Positions 29,875-39,163 of a stretch of 64,000 bases of DNA are shown in pieces. The stretch lies in NCBI GenBank assembly GCA_038870975.1, contig JAVZJD010000002.1:384001-448000 (forward strand). Direction: 5' to 3'. Position 1 is the first letter of the stretch. Every line of letters starts with the position of its first letter. The DNA is from Candidatus Bathyarchaeia archaeon. GTDB lineage: Archaea; Thermoproteota; CALKCG01; B24. The position numbers and the translations under genes are program-made. The notes beneath the pieces are model-generated. The model ran no database searches. It saw only the letters and a list, made by a program, of their open reading frames with translations, and had not been told where the DNA came from.

Positions 29875-30652
29875 TTCTAAGAGATTTTAAGCCTTCAGCT
29901 ATATTCGCTATGTAATTCGGGTCTTTTATCGTAGGTTCAGCTATGCCGACCATATCAGCATCTGCGTTGAAAAGCATTATAGCGTCTTCAGCTGATCTAA
30001 CGTAGCCGCTCACCAATAGGAACAAACTACCATATCGGCTTTTAACTTCTCTAACGAATTCTACATTGGGGCGTTTAAACGCTTCATCCCTTACGTTGAA
30101 GTGCACTCCAAAAATATCCATCCCAACGATTCTATCGAGTACCGGAGTATAGTCCGGTATTACACCAGCTCTAAACTTTACAATCGTCGGAATATCTAGT
30201 TCTGAAAAGCCTTTAAGCCAGTTGAATAATTCACTTCTATTCTCAGGTAGAACCATGGCTCTGAGCTTACCTTGCTCCAGGTAACGTCTATAACCTCCGT
30301 GAACGTTAAGCTCTACTAGGTCCCCGCCGACTTCTCTGAAGCATTCGGCAGCTTCAAGCCCCCATTCGAGTTTTAAGGTTGCTAAGTTTAAGCAGACGAG
30401 TACATTGAGTTTTCTTTTGACTTTTTCAACTTCTTCGGCTAAAAACTCAACGCATTGTCTCTTATCGGGTGGGAGGATTAAACCGGGTTCTAAAACACCG
30501 TACATGGGTGGTTCAGCTAAGTATGCTCCGAGTTGAACCATAGCTCCGCCTGCTCCTCTCTCTGCGCAGAACTCTCCATTAGTAATTCCCATCATAGATG
30601 AGAGGAAGAGACAGCCTTTAAGTCTATTACGTAGACTTTCCAACGGCTTCAC
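29858..30652 (-). CDS. Dus-like FMN TIM-barrel protein
   Basis: LSSMMGITNG, ELNVH, VKFRAG, GYVRSAEDA..LF..ADMVGIA. Confidence 0.7.
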   Translation of the reverse strand: MKPLESLRNRLKGCLFLSSMMGITNGEFCAERGAGGAMVQLGAYLAEPPMYGVLEPGLILPPDKRQCVEFLAEEVEKVKRKLNVLVCLNLATLKLEWGLEAAECFREVGGDLVELNVHGGYRRYLEQGKLRAMVLPENRSELFNWLKGFSELDIPTIVKFRAGVIPDYTPVLDRIVGMDIFGVHFNVRDEAFKRPNVEFVREVKSRYGSLFLLVSGYVRSAEDAIMLFNADADMVGIAEPTIKDPNYIANIAEGLKSLRIREGF

Positions 30653-30689
30653 CGCTTAAAATTGGAGAATCCCAAAATATAACGTTATT

Positions 30690-31523
30690 CTAAGGCTTGA
30701 ACCTCCTACGTCTGATGTACTCCGCTGCTCCAATGGCTACGCAGTAGTCGTAGTTTTCCGGAACCATTACAGAGACTTTGAATAGCCTACATACCTCGCT
30801 AATGCGTTCAAATATCAGCTTACTTCCAGCAAGCCTACCTACGAGGACTACGTCTTTCTCTAGACCGTAGGCTTTAGCAGCTAGGCTTACAACGACGCCT
30901 ATGACTTCTCCAACGAGGTTAAAAATACCAGCTGCTAAATCCTTCTCCTCGGCTTCTTCACTTATATTTCCGAAGTTTGACGCAGTGGCTTCAGCTGGGA
31001 TTATTCCTACCGACCTACCGGCTATATCTCCAACTGTTAGATCTACTTTTCGAAGGTCGCCCTTGGAAGCTAATTCCTCTAAGACTTCGAAGTTTTGTCT
31101 TCTAATTATTAGTTGTGCTAAGCCTCTAATCGTCCCACCTCCTACGCCAGTTCCACCGATGTGTTGTATAGTGCTATTCCTATGTGCTACAACTAGAGCT
31201 GTACCTGTTCCTAGACTTGCTACTAAGGCTCTATCTCTACCTGAGAGCGTCAACCCGCCTATACCTATGGCTTCGATTTCATCTACTTCAGCCACTGGAA
31301 TATCCAGTACACTTTTTCCTAGGAATCTAGCACCTGCTCCTGAGACGGCTAAAACTTCGACTTCTCTAAGTGGTCTCTCTACTTGAGAGAGAAGTTTTCC
31401 CAGTGCTCCTGAGACGGCTGCAACCGGTTCTGTTGTTAAAACCGTACATAGACCGATTACATTAGATCCTTCTAGAGCTACAGCCTTAGTGAAGCTTCCA
31501 CCTACGTCAACACCTACTATCAA
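30690..31523 (-). CDS. Type II pantothenate kinase-like (Fumble/CoaW family)
   Basis: GVDVGGSFTK, EIEAIGIG, SLGTGT, GGTGVGGGT..GL, VDLTVGDI, TASNFG. Confidence 0.85.
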   Translation of the reverse strand: MIVGVDVGGSFTKAVALEGSNVIGLCTVLTTEPVAAVSGALGKLLSQVERPLREVEVLAVSGAGARFLGKSVLDIPVAEVDEIEAIGIGGLTLSGRDRALVASLGTGTALVVAHRNSTIQHIGGTGVGGGTIRGLAQLIIRRQNFEVLEELASKGDLRKVDLTVGDIAGRSVGIIPAEATASNFGNISEEAEEKDLAAGIFNLVGEVIGVVVSLAAKAYGLEKDVVLVGRLAGSKLIFERISEVCRLFKVSVMVPENYDYCVAIGAAEYIRRRRFKP

Positions 31524-31642
31524 AATACATCCTCCCTTCTAAGTTGTCTGCAATCCTCATAGATGATTACTTTAATATCTTTAGAGCCATTAAAGTTTTA
31601 TTGAAATACGTTTAACTACTTCTAAGTCTAACATAGGTCTTT

Positions 31643-32392
31643 GTGAAGCTTAGAGACCTTAGCGCTACAGTTGTAAACGCGGCTCTATACGCATCTCTAG
31701 GATATTTAACGTATTTAGGCGTCTTCACGCCTGTAATAGGCGTTGTAAGGTTTTGGCCTTCAGTCATAGTTCCAGGGTTTTTCTCCGTAGTTTATGGGCC
31801 CTTGGTGGGTGGGCTAGGTGCCGCCATAGGGATATTTATAAGCGATATGATGATACACGGCAATGCCCTTTTGAGTCTTTTAGTCGGCGTTCCTGCAAAC
31901 TTCCTCGGTTTCTACGTTATGGGTCTCTTGGCGAGGAGGAAAACTGGGAAAACTCACGTTTACTATTCAATTGCCTTTCTCATGTTGATAGTTGTTTTGA
32001 CCGTAATCCTATACGCTTTAAACGTAATATCCGATTCTATCACAGTCGTCGCATTCATATCGGCTTGTGTGGTGAGCATAGCGTCTATAGCTGCAATATA
32101 CAGGTTCTACCCAGAGTTTTCAAGCTACGGTATTGCTTCTGTGGTGGGCCTAGCCCTCGGTAGTGGAGTTATAGGTGTAGGAGTTTGGGGTTTCAGCCAG
32201 TTTCTAATCCTACCCTCGGGTGAAATGAATCTACCAGTTCAAGCCGCTTTAATATGGTTTGTTTGGACGTTTATCACGGAAATACCATTCCTAACGACAA
32301 TAGTTCCACCAGTTCTAAGAGTGTTCTTTAAAGCATATCCAAGTCTCAACCCCTCCAGAAAGAAGGAGAAGGAAGTCCTAGAAAAAGTATGA
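31643..32392 (+). CDS. ECF transporter S component
   Basis: Multi-TM; AALYA.L, VRFWP, YGPLVGGLGAAIG.FISD. Confidence 0.8.
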   Translation: MKLRDLSATVVNAALYASLGYLTYLGVFTPVIGVVRFWPSVIVPGFFSVVYGPLVGGLGAAIGIFISDMMIHGNALLSLLVGVPANFLGFYVMGLLARRKTGKTHVYYSIAFLMLIVVLTVILYALNVISDSITVVAFISACVVSIASIAAIYRFYPEFSSYGIASVVGLALGSGVIGVGVWGFSQFLILPSGEMNLPVQAALIWFVWTFITEIPFLTTIVPPVLRVFFKAYPSLNPSRKKEKEVLEKV

Positions 32393-32466
32393 TTTTCCCA
32401 ATGCTTATCTACTTTTGGAAAAAAGAAACAATTCCATTAGACTATACAACATACTCTGATGATTAA

Positions 32467-32910
32467 TCATTTTTCCAGGAGATTTAGAAAGTCTTTAAAG
32501 GAAATTCTTTTTATTCCGATTTTATCGTAAGCTTCATCGTTTGAAACCATTGATAACTTATTGTTTAATGCTACAGAAGCATGTAAAGCATCAAAGAATG
32601 TCAAGTTTATGTGTTGTGCTATTATTTCTTCGCATAGAGTTAGGTCGTCTGAAGATAGGCTTAACTCCCGGAGATTTGACGTAATTGCTTTCGCTTTTAT
32701 ATATATCAAGGCGTTTAGTCTTTCAACGGCGCTTTTCCCATGGCTCGCCATAACTTCACGGATCTCAATCAACGCTGAAACCGGATAGTAGACGGGGAAG
32801 GGTTTAGTCGCCATATAGGCCTTCAATATCTTGGAAACTATACCGTAATGTTTATCTTTAGGCTGGAAGCCAAAGAGGAACTCTGTCTCAACCATGAAAT
32901 GCTCGTTCAC
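32467..32910 (-). CDS. vapC: PIN-domain VapC toxin
   Basis: VETEFL, SALIE, LTFFDALHAS, SNDEAYD. Confidence 0.85.
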   Translation of the reverse strand: MNEHFMVETEFLFGFQPKDKHYGIVSKILKAYMATKPFPVYYPVSALIEIREVMASHGKSAVERLNALIYIKAKAITSNLRELSLSSDDLTLCEEIIAQHINLTFFDALHASVALNNKLSMVSNDEAYDKIGIKRISFKDFLNLLEK

Positions 32911-33147
32911 TTAAGAAACCTCTTTCAAAAGTTGTTTTTCAGCCTTTTCCCGCTCCTCTCTACTGTAGATTATGTCGCCGATAAGTTCGGAGAGAGCTTT
33001 ATCAACATCATCTGGAATTGGAATTAAAACAATGTATGGAGGCCTAGCCAACAAGTAAACCTTCTGCCCAACTCTCAAGGGAGTCTTCTTACGCACACTC
33101 TGAGTAATAGTTACACGGTACTTAGGACCAACTTCAACAACAGACAT
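32911..33147 (-). CDS. AbrB/SpoVT-like antitoxin
   Basis: VGPKYRVTITQSVRK...GQKV; abuts the PIN gene. Confidence 0.82.
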   Translation of the reverse strand: MSVVEVGPKYRVTITQSVRKKTPLRVGQKVYLLARPPYIVLIPIPDDVDKALSELIGDIIYSREEREKAEKQLLKEVS

Positions 33148-33442
33148 GGTATCACCCCATTTTATGGAGATACTATAGTATAAGTGTTACTTTTTAAAAA
33201 TAAGTGCTACAAATTTCTAAAATGTTACACCTTTAACTTGAGAATATCGATAGCGAAGTTGTTTGAAGATTGATTCTATTAAATGTTAACAGGTGGCTCA
33301 GGGGTACAGTAGATGCACCAGAAAAATTGCTGAAGAAGCTAAAGAAGTTGAAAGATTAGCTAAACAGCCAGCCATTAGGCTTAAACGCTTGAAGCCTATG
33401 GCCAGAACCGTAGGTAAATCGTCGAAGAATATTAGGGAAAGT

Positions 33443-34084
33443 CTAACGCCTTACCTGCTGAAATTTCCTAACCTTAACCCCTGACTTGGCTAGAAGCTTT
33501 TTAGACAATTCATCGCTATATTCATGCTCATAGACAACTTCAGCTATCTCAGCGTTGATGATCATCTTAGCACATATAGAGCATGGAAAATGCGTACAAT
33601 ACAGCACGGCACCTTTAGTACTAACGCCGAAAACAGCAGCCTGGATGATGCAATTTTCCTCAGCGTGAAGACCATTACAGATTTCATGTCTCTCGCCTTC
33701 TGGGACTTTGAGCTTCTCTCTTAGGCACTCTGTTTCACTACAGTGTGGTAGCCCTTTGGGAGCACCGTTGTAGCCTGTGCTGATAACTCGTCTATCTTTT
33801 ACTAGGACAGCTCCAACTTTCTTCCTGAGGCATGTAGACCTCTTGGCCACGAGTCTAGCCATCTCCATGAAGTACTCGTCCCAACTGGGTCTGGTGAGTT
33901 CAATCCTTCTACGCTTCATAATCCTGTAGACTGTGGGCTGGGACAATTTAATCCAACCGCGTTTAGAGGCCTCTTCACTATACCGTTTGACGACTTCAAA
34001 GCTACTACCACACTCTTCAATCAACTTATATAGGAAGCTTCTAGCGTCCTCTGGAAGCTTGTCGACGACCCTAGCCCTGCCCAT
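33443..34084 (-). CDS. dCMP deaminase family protein with N-terminal HTH-like domain
   Basis: [28 protein letters not shown]. Confidence 0.9.
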   Translation of the reverse strand: MGRARVVDKLPEDARSFLYKLIEECGSSFEVVKRYSEEASKRGWIKLSQPTVYRIMKRRRIELTRPSWDEYFMEMARLVAKRSTCLRKKVGAVLVKDRRVISTGYNGAPKGLPHCSETECLREKLKVPEGERHEICNGLHAEENCIIQAAVFGVSTKGAVLYCTHFPCSICAKMIINAEIAEVVYEHEYSDELSKKLLAKSGVKVRKFQQVRR

Positions 34085-34384
34085 ACAAGTTAATTAGACC
34101 AATTCTAAATTTAAGTCTTTCCATTTCAATAAATGTTAAAGTTTACGGCCGCTAAATTATTATTAAGCATATTTTAGGCTAATTTTTGGACAAGTAGCTT
34201 AGGATTTGCAGGGTTGAGGCTTGGATATATTTTGAAAAGCGTATTTTGAGCCGATGGAATTATTGTTGTTAGGGAAGCTTGCCAAAGCAAAGATTAAAGT
34301 TGGAAGATTCAGTTTAGAATGTGAGATTTAACTGTAGAACCAGTTTATCTACAATGTTAAGTTTTATAAAACTCTTCAGAGTAT

Positions 34385-35569
34385 TTGCCCCCTATTGCTC
34401 CCAGTGTAGACGCAGGTGGAGTGTTGAAAGATAAGAGGTTTACTAGGATATTTACTGTACTTTTCTCAATATCTCTGATACTGGGTGTTGTTGGAGCAGC
34501 CAACTCCATCTTCCTACCGTTGTTGATGAAAGAAGAAGAGTTAAGCTATGGTTTGATTGGTGTTGTTGGAGCGTTAACCGGTCTTGGCGGTGGTCTAGCT
34601 CAACTTCTAGCTGGTGTTGTGAGCGATAGGGGGTTGAACAAGAGACTTCTTATACTATCTTCAACAGTCTTCTTGTCGCTGGCGTTTCTCGCGTCTTACA
34701 TTGCGAGTGGTCTTCCAACCTATGTGCTGGTGAGCCTCTCTGTGGGACTCAGCACCCCTATAATAGTTACAATGTCTCTAGCGATAATATCTGAAGCTAC
34801 TTCGAGTAGAGCCATGGGTAGGGTTATGGGTATGTATAGGATAAGTAGGTCCATCGGATGGACTGTTGGAAACCTCATGTTCGGAGTTTTAGCGGACATT
34901 TACGGCTCTAGGACGATACTACTATATTCCTTCGGCTTTTCTCTGGCGACTGTATTAGCGTCTTTCACCGTTTCAAACGGGGGTGGATTTCAACGGACTG
35001 TGAAGAGGAGAGGAGGAGCATCCTACGAGTTGGTTTTATTCTTGGTGTCGCTTGGAATAATGGATATGGTAGCTAGCGCAGATAATAGATTTATACCACT
35101 ACTGGCGGTCGATAAGAATCTCTCTAAGAGCGCAATAGGCTCTATAACTGCTTTAGGCTCTTTGGTTGAAATACCATTCATGCTTCTCTCAGGCTTTTTA
35201 ACAGATAGATTCGACGATAGGATAATTATGGCTATTGGAGCTGCAGGCTTTGCACTAGCCTACTTCCGGTTTACAACTGCTCAAGTTTTAACAGACTTCG
35301 CTGTCGCACAAGCTTTAAGGGGGATATCCTTTGCCCTTTACTTCGCAGCCAGTCTAGCTCTAATAGGTCGTTTGAGTAGAGGCTCTGCTACAGTCACGGG
35401 CTACTATGGATTTGCCCAGCAGGTTGGCGTAGTTGTAGGACCTATCGTAGCCGGTTTTATCGCTGGTTACATGGGTCTTGCGGAGACCTTTACAATGCTT
35501 TCACTATTCTCTTTAATCGGTATAATTCCATTGATACCTATACGTTTGAAAAAACATGGAGAAGAATGA
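34385..35569 (+). CDS. MFS transporter
   Basis: About 12 hydrophobic segments; GVVSDRG and GFLTDRF motif A. Confidence 0.88.
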   Translation: MPPIAPSVDAGGVLKDKRFTRIFTVLFSISLILGVVGAANSIFLPLLMKEEELSYGLIGVVGALTGLGGGLAQLLAGVVSDRGLNKRLLILSSTVFLSLAFLASYIASGLPTYVLVSLSVGLSTPIIVTMSLAIISEATSSRAMGRVMGMYRISRSIGWTVGNLMFGVLADIYGSRTILLYSFGFSLATVLASFTVSNGGGFQRTVKRRGGASYELVLFLVSLGIMDMVASADNRFIPLLAVDKNLSKSAIGSITALGSLVEIPFMLLSGFLTDRFDDRIIMAIGAAGFALAYFRFTTAQVLTDFAVAQALRGISFALYFAASLALIGRLSRGSATVTGYYGFAQQVGVVVGPIVAGFIAGYMGLAETFTMLSLFSLIGIIPLIPIRLKKHGEE

Positions 35570-35618
35570 GGAGGATTTATAAATTCTAAGGTTCCTTCTT
35601 CTTTTAGGAGTTGAGAAC

Positions 35619-36707
35619 ATGTTGGACGATTGGAGCTTAAACGTTTTGAAAGAGCTTTTCGAAGCCTTCGGACCCGCAGGCTTTGAAAGAGAAGCCGCTC
35701 AGAAGGTTAAACGGTATGTAGAGCCGTATGCTGATGAAATCCTCACGGATAAACTCGGCTCTGTTATATTTGTTAAAAAGGGCTCTTCTGAGAGGCCTAG
35801 AGTGCTTCTTGCTGGGCATATAGACGAGGTTGGCTTCGTAGTATCCGGTATAGATGACCCTGGCTATGTGGCTTTCAATCCGTTGGGAGGCTGGTTCGAC
35901 CAGGTTTTACTTTCCCAGAGAGTTGTTATAAGGACTAGCAAGGGGGATGTATACGGCGTTATTGCGGCAAAGCCTCCACACTTGCTTACACCTGAAGAAG
36001 CTAAGAAGGTTGTTGAAAAGACGAGTATGTTCATCGACGTTGGGGCTACAAGCCGTAAGGAGGCTGAGGATATGGGGATTAAAATAGGAGACCCAATAGT
36101 GCCTTATTCACCCTTCATGCTCATTAGGAATGGTAGAATTGCTACTGGCAAGGCGTTTGACGACCGGCTTGGGGCCTTCATAGCTATGGATGTTGTTAGA
36201 AGGCTTAAGATCGATGGGATTCAACATCCAAACACGGTTTTCGGTGCGGCTACAGTCCAAGAGGAGGTTGGACTTAGAGGCGCTGGAACAGTGGCTCACG
36301 TGGTTGACCCAGATGTAGCAGTTGTCTTAGAAGTTGATATTGCCGGTGATGTCCCCGGTATTAAGCCTACTGAGGCGCCGGCAAAAATGGGTAAAGGTCC
36401 TTCGATAGTAACTTACGATGCCACTATGATTCCAAACCAGCCTCTTAAAGAGTTTACGATAAAAGTGGCTGAAGAAGCTAAAATACCATATCAGCTAAGC
36501 CAAGTAGCTAGAGGGGGTACTGATGCTGGTAGAATACATATTTCAAGGGCTGGATGCCCGAGTATAGTGATAGGCGTACCTACGAGACACATACATACCC
36601 ACGTTGGAATGTTCTGCCTTGAAGACCTTGAGAATGCTGTGAAACTCGTTTTAGAGATGGTTAAGAGACTGGATTATAAGACTGTGGAGAGCTTTACAGC
36701 CTTATAA
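35619..36707 (+). CDS. M42 family aminopeptidase (TET/FrvX-like)
   Basis: GHIDEVG, KAFDDR, QEEVGLRGA, GGTDAG, RHIH. Confidence 0.93.
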   Translation: MLDDWSLNVLKELFEAFGPAGFEREAAQKVKRYVEPYADEILTDKLGSVIFVKKGSSERPRVLLAGHIDEVGFVVSGIDDPGYVAFNPLGGWFDQVLLSQRVVIRTSKGDVYGVIAAKPPHLLTPEEAKKVVEKTSMFIDVGATSRKEAEDMGIKIGDPIVPYSPFMLIRNGRIATGKAFDDRLGAFIAMDVVRRLKIDGIQHPNTVFGAATVQEEVGLRGAGTVAHVVDPDVAVVLEVDIAGDVPGIKPTEAPAKMGKGPSIVTYDATMIPNQPLKEFTIKVAEEAKIPYQLSQVARGGTDAGRIHISRAGCPSIVIGVPTRHIHTHVGMFCLEDLENAVKLVLEMVKRLDYKTVESFTAL

Positions 36708-36727
36708 AGGCTTAAGCCCCGCTATTT

Positions 36728-37633
36728 TTATTCTTCCACCCTGTATAGCTTGAGTTTTAAATCCTCCCTCGACTCTACGAGGAGGAAGTCTCTGTAAGAT
36801 CTATCGATTAGAATCGCTTTGTTTTCGCGGATGCTTTGAACTGTTTTAGCCATGCGTCTCCTGTAAGCATCTAAAGCTGGTTCTTCAATAGTGAGTAGAG
36901 CTACTCTAGCCTCTCTACCGTTTCTAGGGTTTTGTAGGAGCGCTATGCGGTTTTCTAGATATTTAGCATACAGTATTTCTGACACTACAGCCACGTGGGT
37001 TATTTGAGACTCTCTAGTCCATGTAGGCTGAGCTTGAGGAAGTTCGGCTGGAGCGGGGTAGACTGTTAAACTTTCAACCGTGAAGATTTCACGGAGTTTC
37101 TTAGGGCTGGCTTTTAAACCTTGGAAGTTCTCGGCTAGAGTGAAGAATCCATTCGTTTCTTCTGAAAGCCTTTTAAGTGTATTTGTGAAAGCGTCTTCAC
37201 CGACGGCCACCGTGTGGATTTTCACAGATTGTTCAGCTGCTTTACGTGCAATCGTCACAAGCTCTTGTTCGATTTCCACTTTGCCTTCAAAACTTACAGA
37301 TCTATCCAGGGTTAGATTGGCACGTCCATCTGAAAGTAGTAGGACTTCACCGCTTTCTCCGGTAAGCTGAATAGACTTCTCCACGCCTGCGGCTAGACGG
37401 CTTACACCTCTAGGTTTGAGTTTTTCCAGCAGCCCTCTAAGCTCTACTAATGTATAAAGTTTCGGCTCCAGTAGGACTTCAGGCTCAGAGTCGAATATTA
37501 CAAGCCCTATGGGTGTCTTGGCTTCTAACGGCCTGACTGCCTCAATGGCTATGTCTACGGCTTGTCTTAGCTTCTGTGGAGACCCATATCCCATGCTTTC
37601 GCTTACGTCTAAACAGACGACGAGCTTCCCCAA
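36728..37633 (-). CDS. vWA domain protein with C-terminal extra domain
   Basis: MIDAS DVSESM, LLSDGRAN, IHTVAVG. Confidence 0.85.
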   Translation of the reverse strand: MGKLVVCLDVSESMGYGSPQKLRQAVDIAIEAVRPLEAKTPIGLVIFDSEPEVLLEPKLYTLVELRGLLEKLKPRGVSRLAAGVEKSIQLTGESGEVLLLSDGRANLTLDRSVSFEGKVEIEQELVTIARKAAEQSVKIHTVAVGEDAFTNTLKRLSEETNGFFTLAENFQGLKASPKKLREIFTVESLTVYPAPAELPQAQPTWTRESQITHVAVVSEILYAKYLENRIALLQNPRNGREARVALLTIEEPALDAYRRRMAKTVQSIRENKAILIDRSYRDFLLVESREDLKLKLYRVEE

Positions 37634-37654
37634 GTCTTCACCATTGCTTACGGT

Positions 37655-38575
37655 TTAAAATTCGATGAGCTTGTACTGTGTGCTTCCGAGCCCTGCTTTC
37701 TCAGCTACTATGACTTGAGTATACGGGTCTACTCCGTGTATACGGAGAAACTTATTCTCTCCTGGTTTAAGCCCATAGGTGTCTGCGACCGAGCCTGGTA
37801 TTGGCGGAGCTTGATTTATCAAGTCTAAACCAGCTTTATCTATAGCTACTATGTCCTTGGAGGCGGCTATCCCTATGTCTGGCACTAGTGGTATCATGCC
37901 GAATGGTGCACAGTCGCAGTGTTCTACAACGTCCATTATCCAGAGTACATGTAACACTTTACCCTTCTTATTCGATAGGACTGCTTTAACTACATCAGCC
38001 ATTGCCTCGTGGAATGCTACTACACCACCCTCCCTCTCTTTAGAGTGTTCAGCCCCCCTCATCCTCCCCGTCACACCGCCTAGGGCTAGGTTTTTAATGG
38101 CTCCTCCATATCCCGCACCGCCATGACCCTTTGCGTGTGCAAAGTTTATCAGAGCATCTGCATCATATATGTTTCCTGCGACTTCAACCTCGCTTAGACG
38201 GTAGTACTTGTCTAGTTTAACCACTCTATAGTCGTTTTCTTTAATGCCGTTGGCTGGTAGTACTGGTGCTCCAACCGTTGCATGGCTTATACCATCGTAG
38301 TAAGCGTCGTTGAGATGGTTTAAACCCCAAGTGTCTGTTATGAAAGGCCTACCTCCAAGACTTTTAACTACATCTACAACTGCGCGGATAAACTGTGGAC
38401 GGATACTTCTATATCCTCCGATTACTCCGAAGTGGATTTTAATAGCAACTATATCTCCGTCTTTAACCACGGTTTTAATACCCGATTTCTCTAAAAGCTC
38501 GGGGATTTTAACTACGAGGCTTTCCGACCTATCATACCTGGGTCTAACTGCTTTAACCAAATACACTTCACTCAT
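37655..38575 (-). CDS. DUF362 family Fe-S protein
   Basis: AIKIHFG, HAKGH..AGYGGAIKNLA, CDC, DIGIAASKDIVAIDKA. Confidence 0.88.
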   Translation of the reverse strand: MSEVYLVKAVRPRYDRSESLVVKIPELLEKSGIKTVVKDGDIVAIKIHFGVIGGYRSIRPQFIRAVVDVVKSLGGRPFITDTWGLNHLNDAYYDGISHATVGAPVLPANGIKENDYRVVKLDKYYRLSEVEVAGNIYDADALINFAHAKGHGGAGYGGAIKNLALGGVTGRMRGAEHSKEREGGVVAFHEAMADVVKAVLSNKKGKVLHVLWIMDVVEHCDCAPFGMIPLVPDIGIAASKDIVAIDKAGLDLINQAPPIPGSVADTYGLKPGENKFLRIHGVDPYTQVIVAEKAGLGSTQYKLIEF

Positions 38576-38702
38576 CGGCTACCCTCCAAATTGGAAAGCA
38601 ACAGTAAACATTATACTTCTCCCATATTTGTGTTGCGGATAGACCTCTGTAGGAAGTGGATAGAACCCTTAAAATACGCGTGAAATTTACCCGCTAGATA
38701 TG

Positions 38703-39038
38703 TTACATGTCTTTCCGGTAGTATTTCCTCATGTAGTAGTCTGGCTCTTTGAAGGAGCCGAAGCTTCTAACGCCTTTCTCTTTAAGTTGCTTCCTAAGCG
38801 TATCCGCGTAGTCTTTAGTTATCTCTCCCTTACGTTCTAAGTAGTCTATCACCTCAAGCGCCTGCTCTTCTGTTTTACAGCGTCTAAGGTATGATACCGC
38901 ATCTGGCATTTTAAGCTCGTCGAAGTTCTCCGCATCGTATGTTCTAACCCCTTCGATATTAACCGTTTGAACTTTACCCCCTATTTCCCTTGCCAAGTTT
39001 GGAAACTTCTTCTTAAACTCCTCCCAGCTCATCTCCAT
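38703..39038 (-). CDS. DUF2095 family protein
   Basis: EEFKKKFPNLARE, YLRRC.T.EQALEVIDYLE, GVRSFG..K.P.YY. Confidence 0.88.
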   Translation of the reverse strand: MEMSWEEFKKKFPNLAREIGGKVQTVNIEGVRTYDAENFDELKMPDAVSYLRRCKTEEQALEVIDYLERKGEITKDYADTLRKQLKEKGVRSFGSFKEPDYYMRKYYRKDM

Positions 39039-39163
39039 ACTTCTCTACCTACTACTTCAGACTTCTAGGATTTAAGAGTTGCAGGTTGAAATCAGCTTAT
39101 TGAGAGGACTGGTAGAAGCAAATATAACCTAGAGGCTACATTATCATATTGGAGGACTGAATT

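Noticed and set aside
33293-33484. Possible antitoxin remnant
   Set aside because: Only vague resemblance; overlaps the deaminase 3' end and has no clear motif
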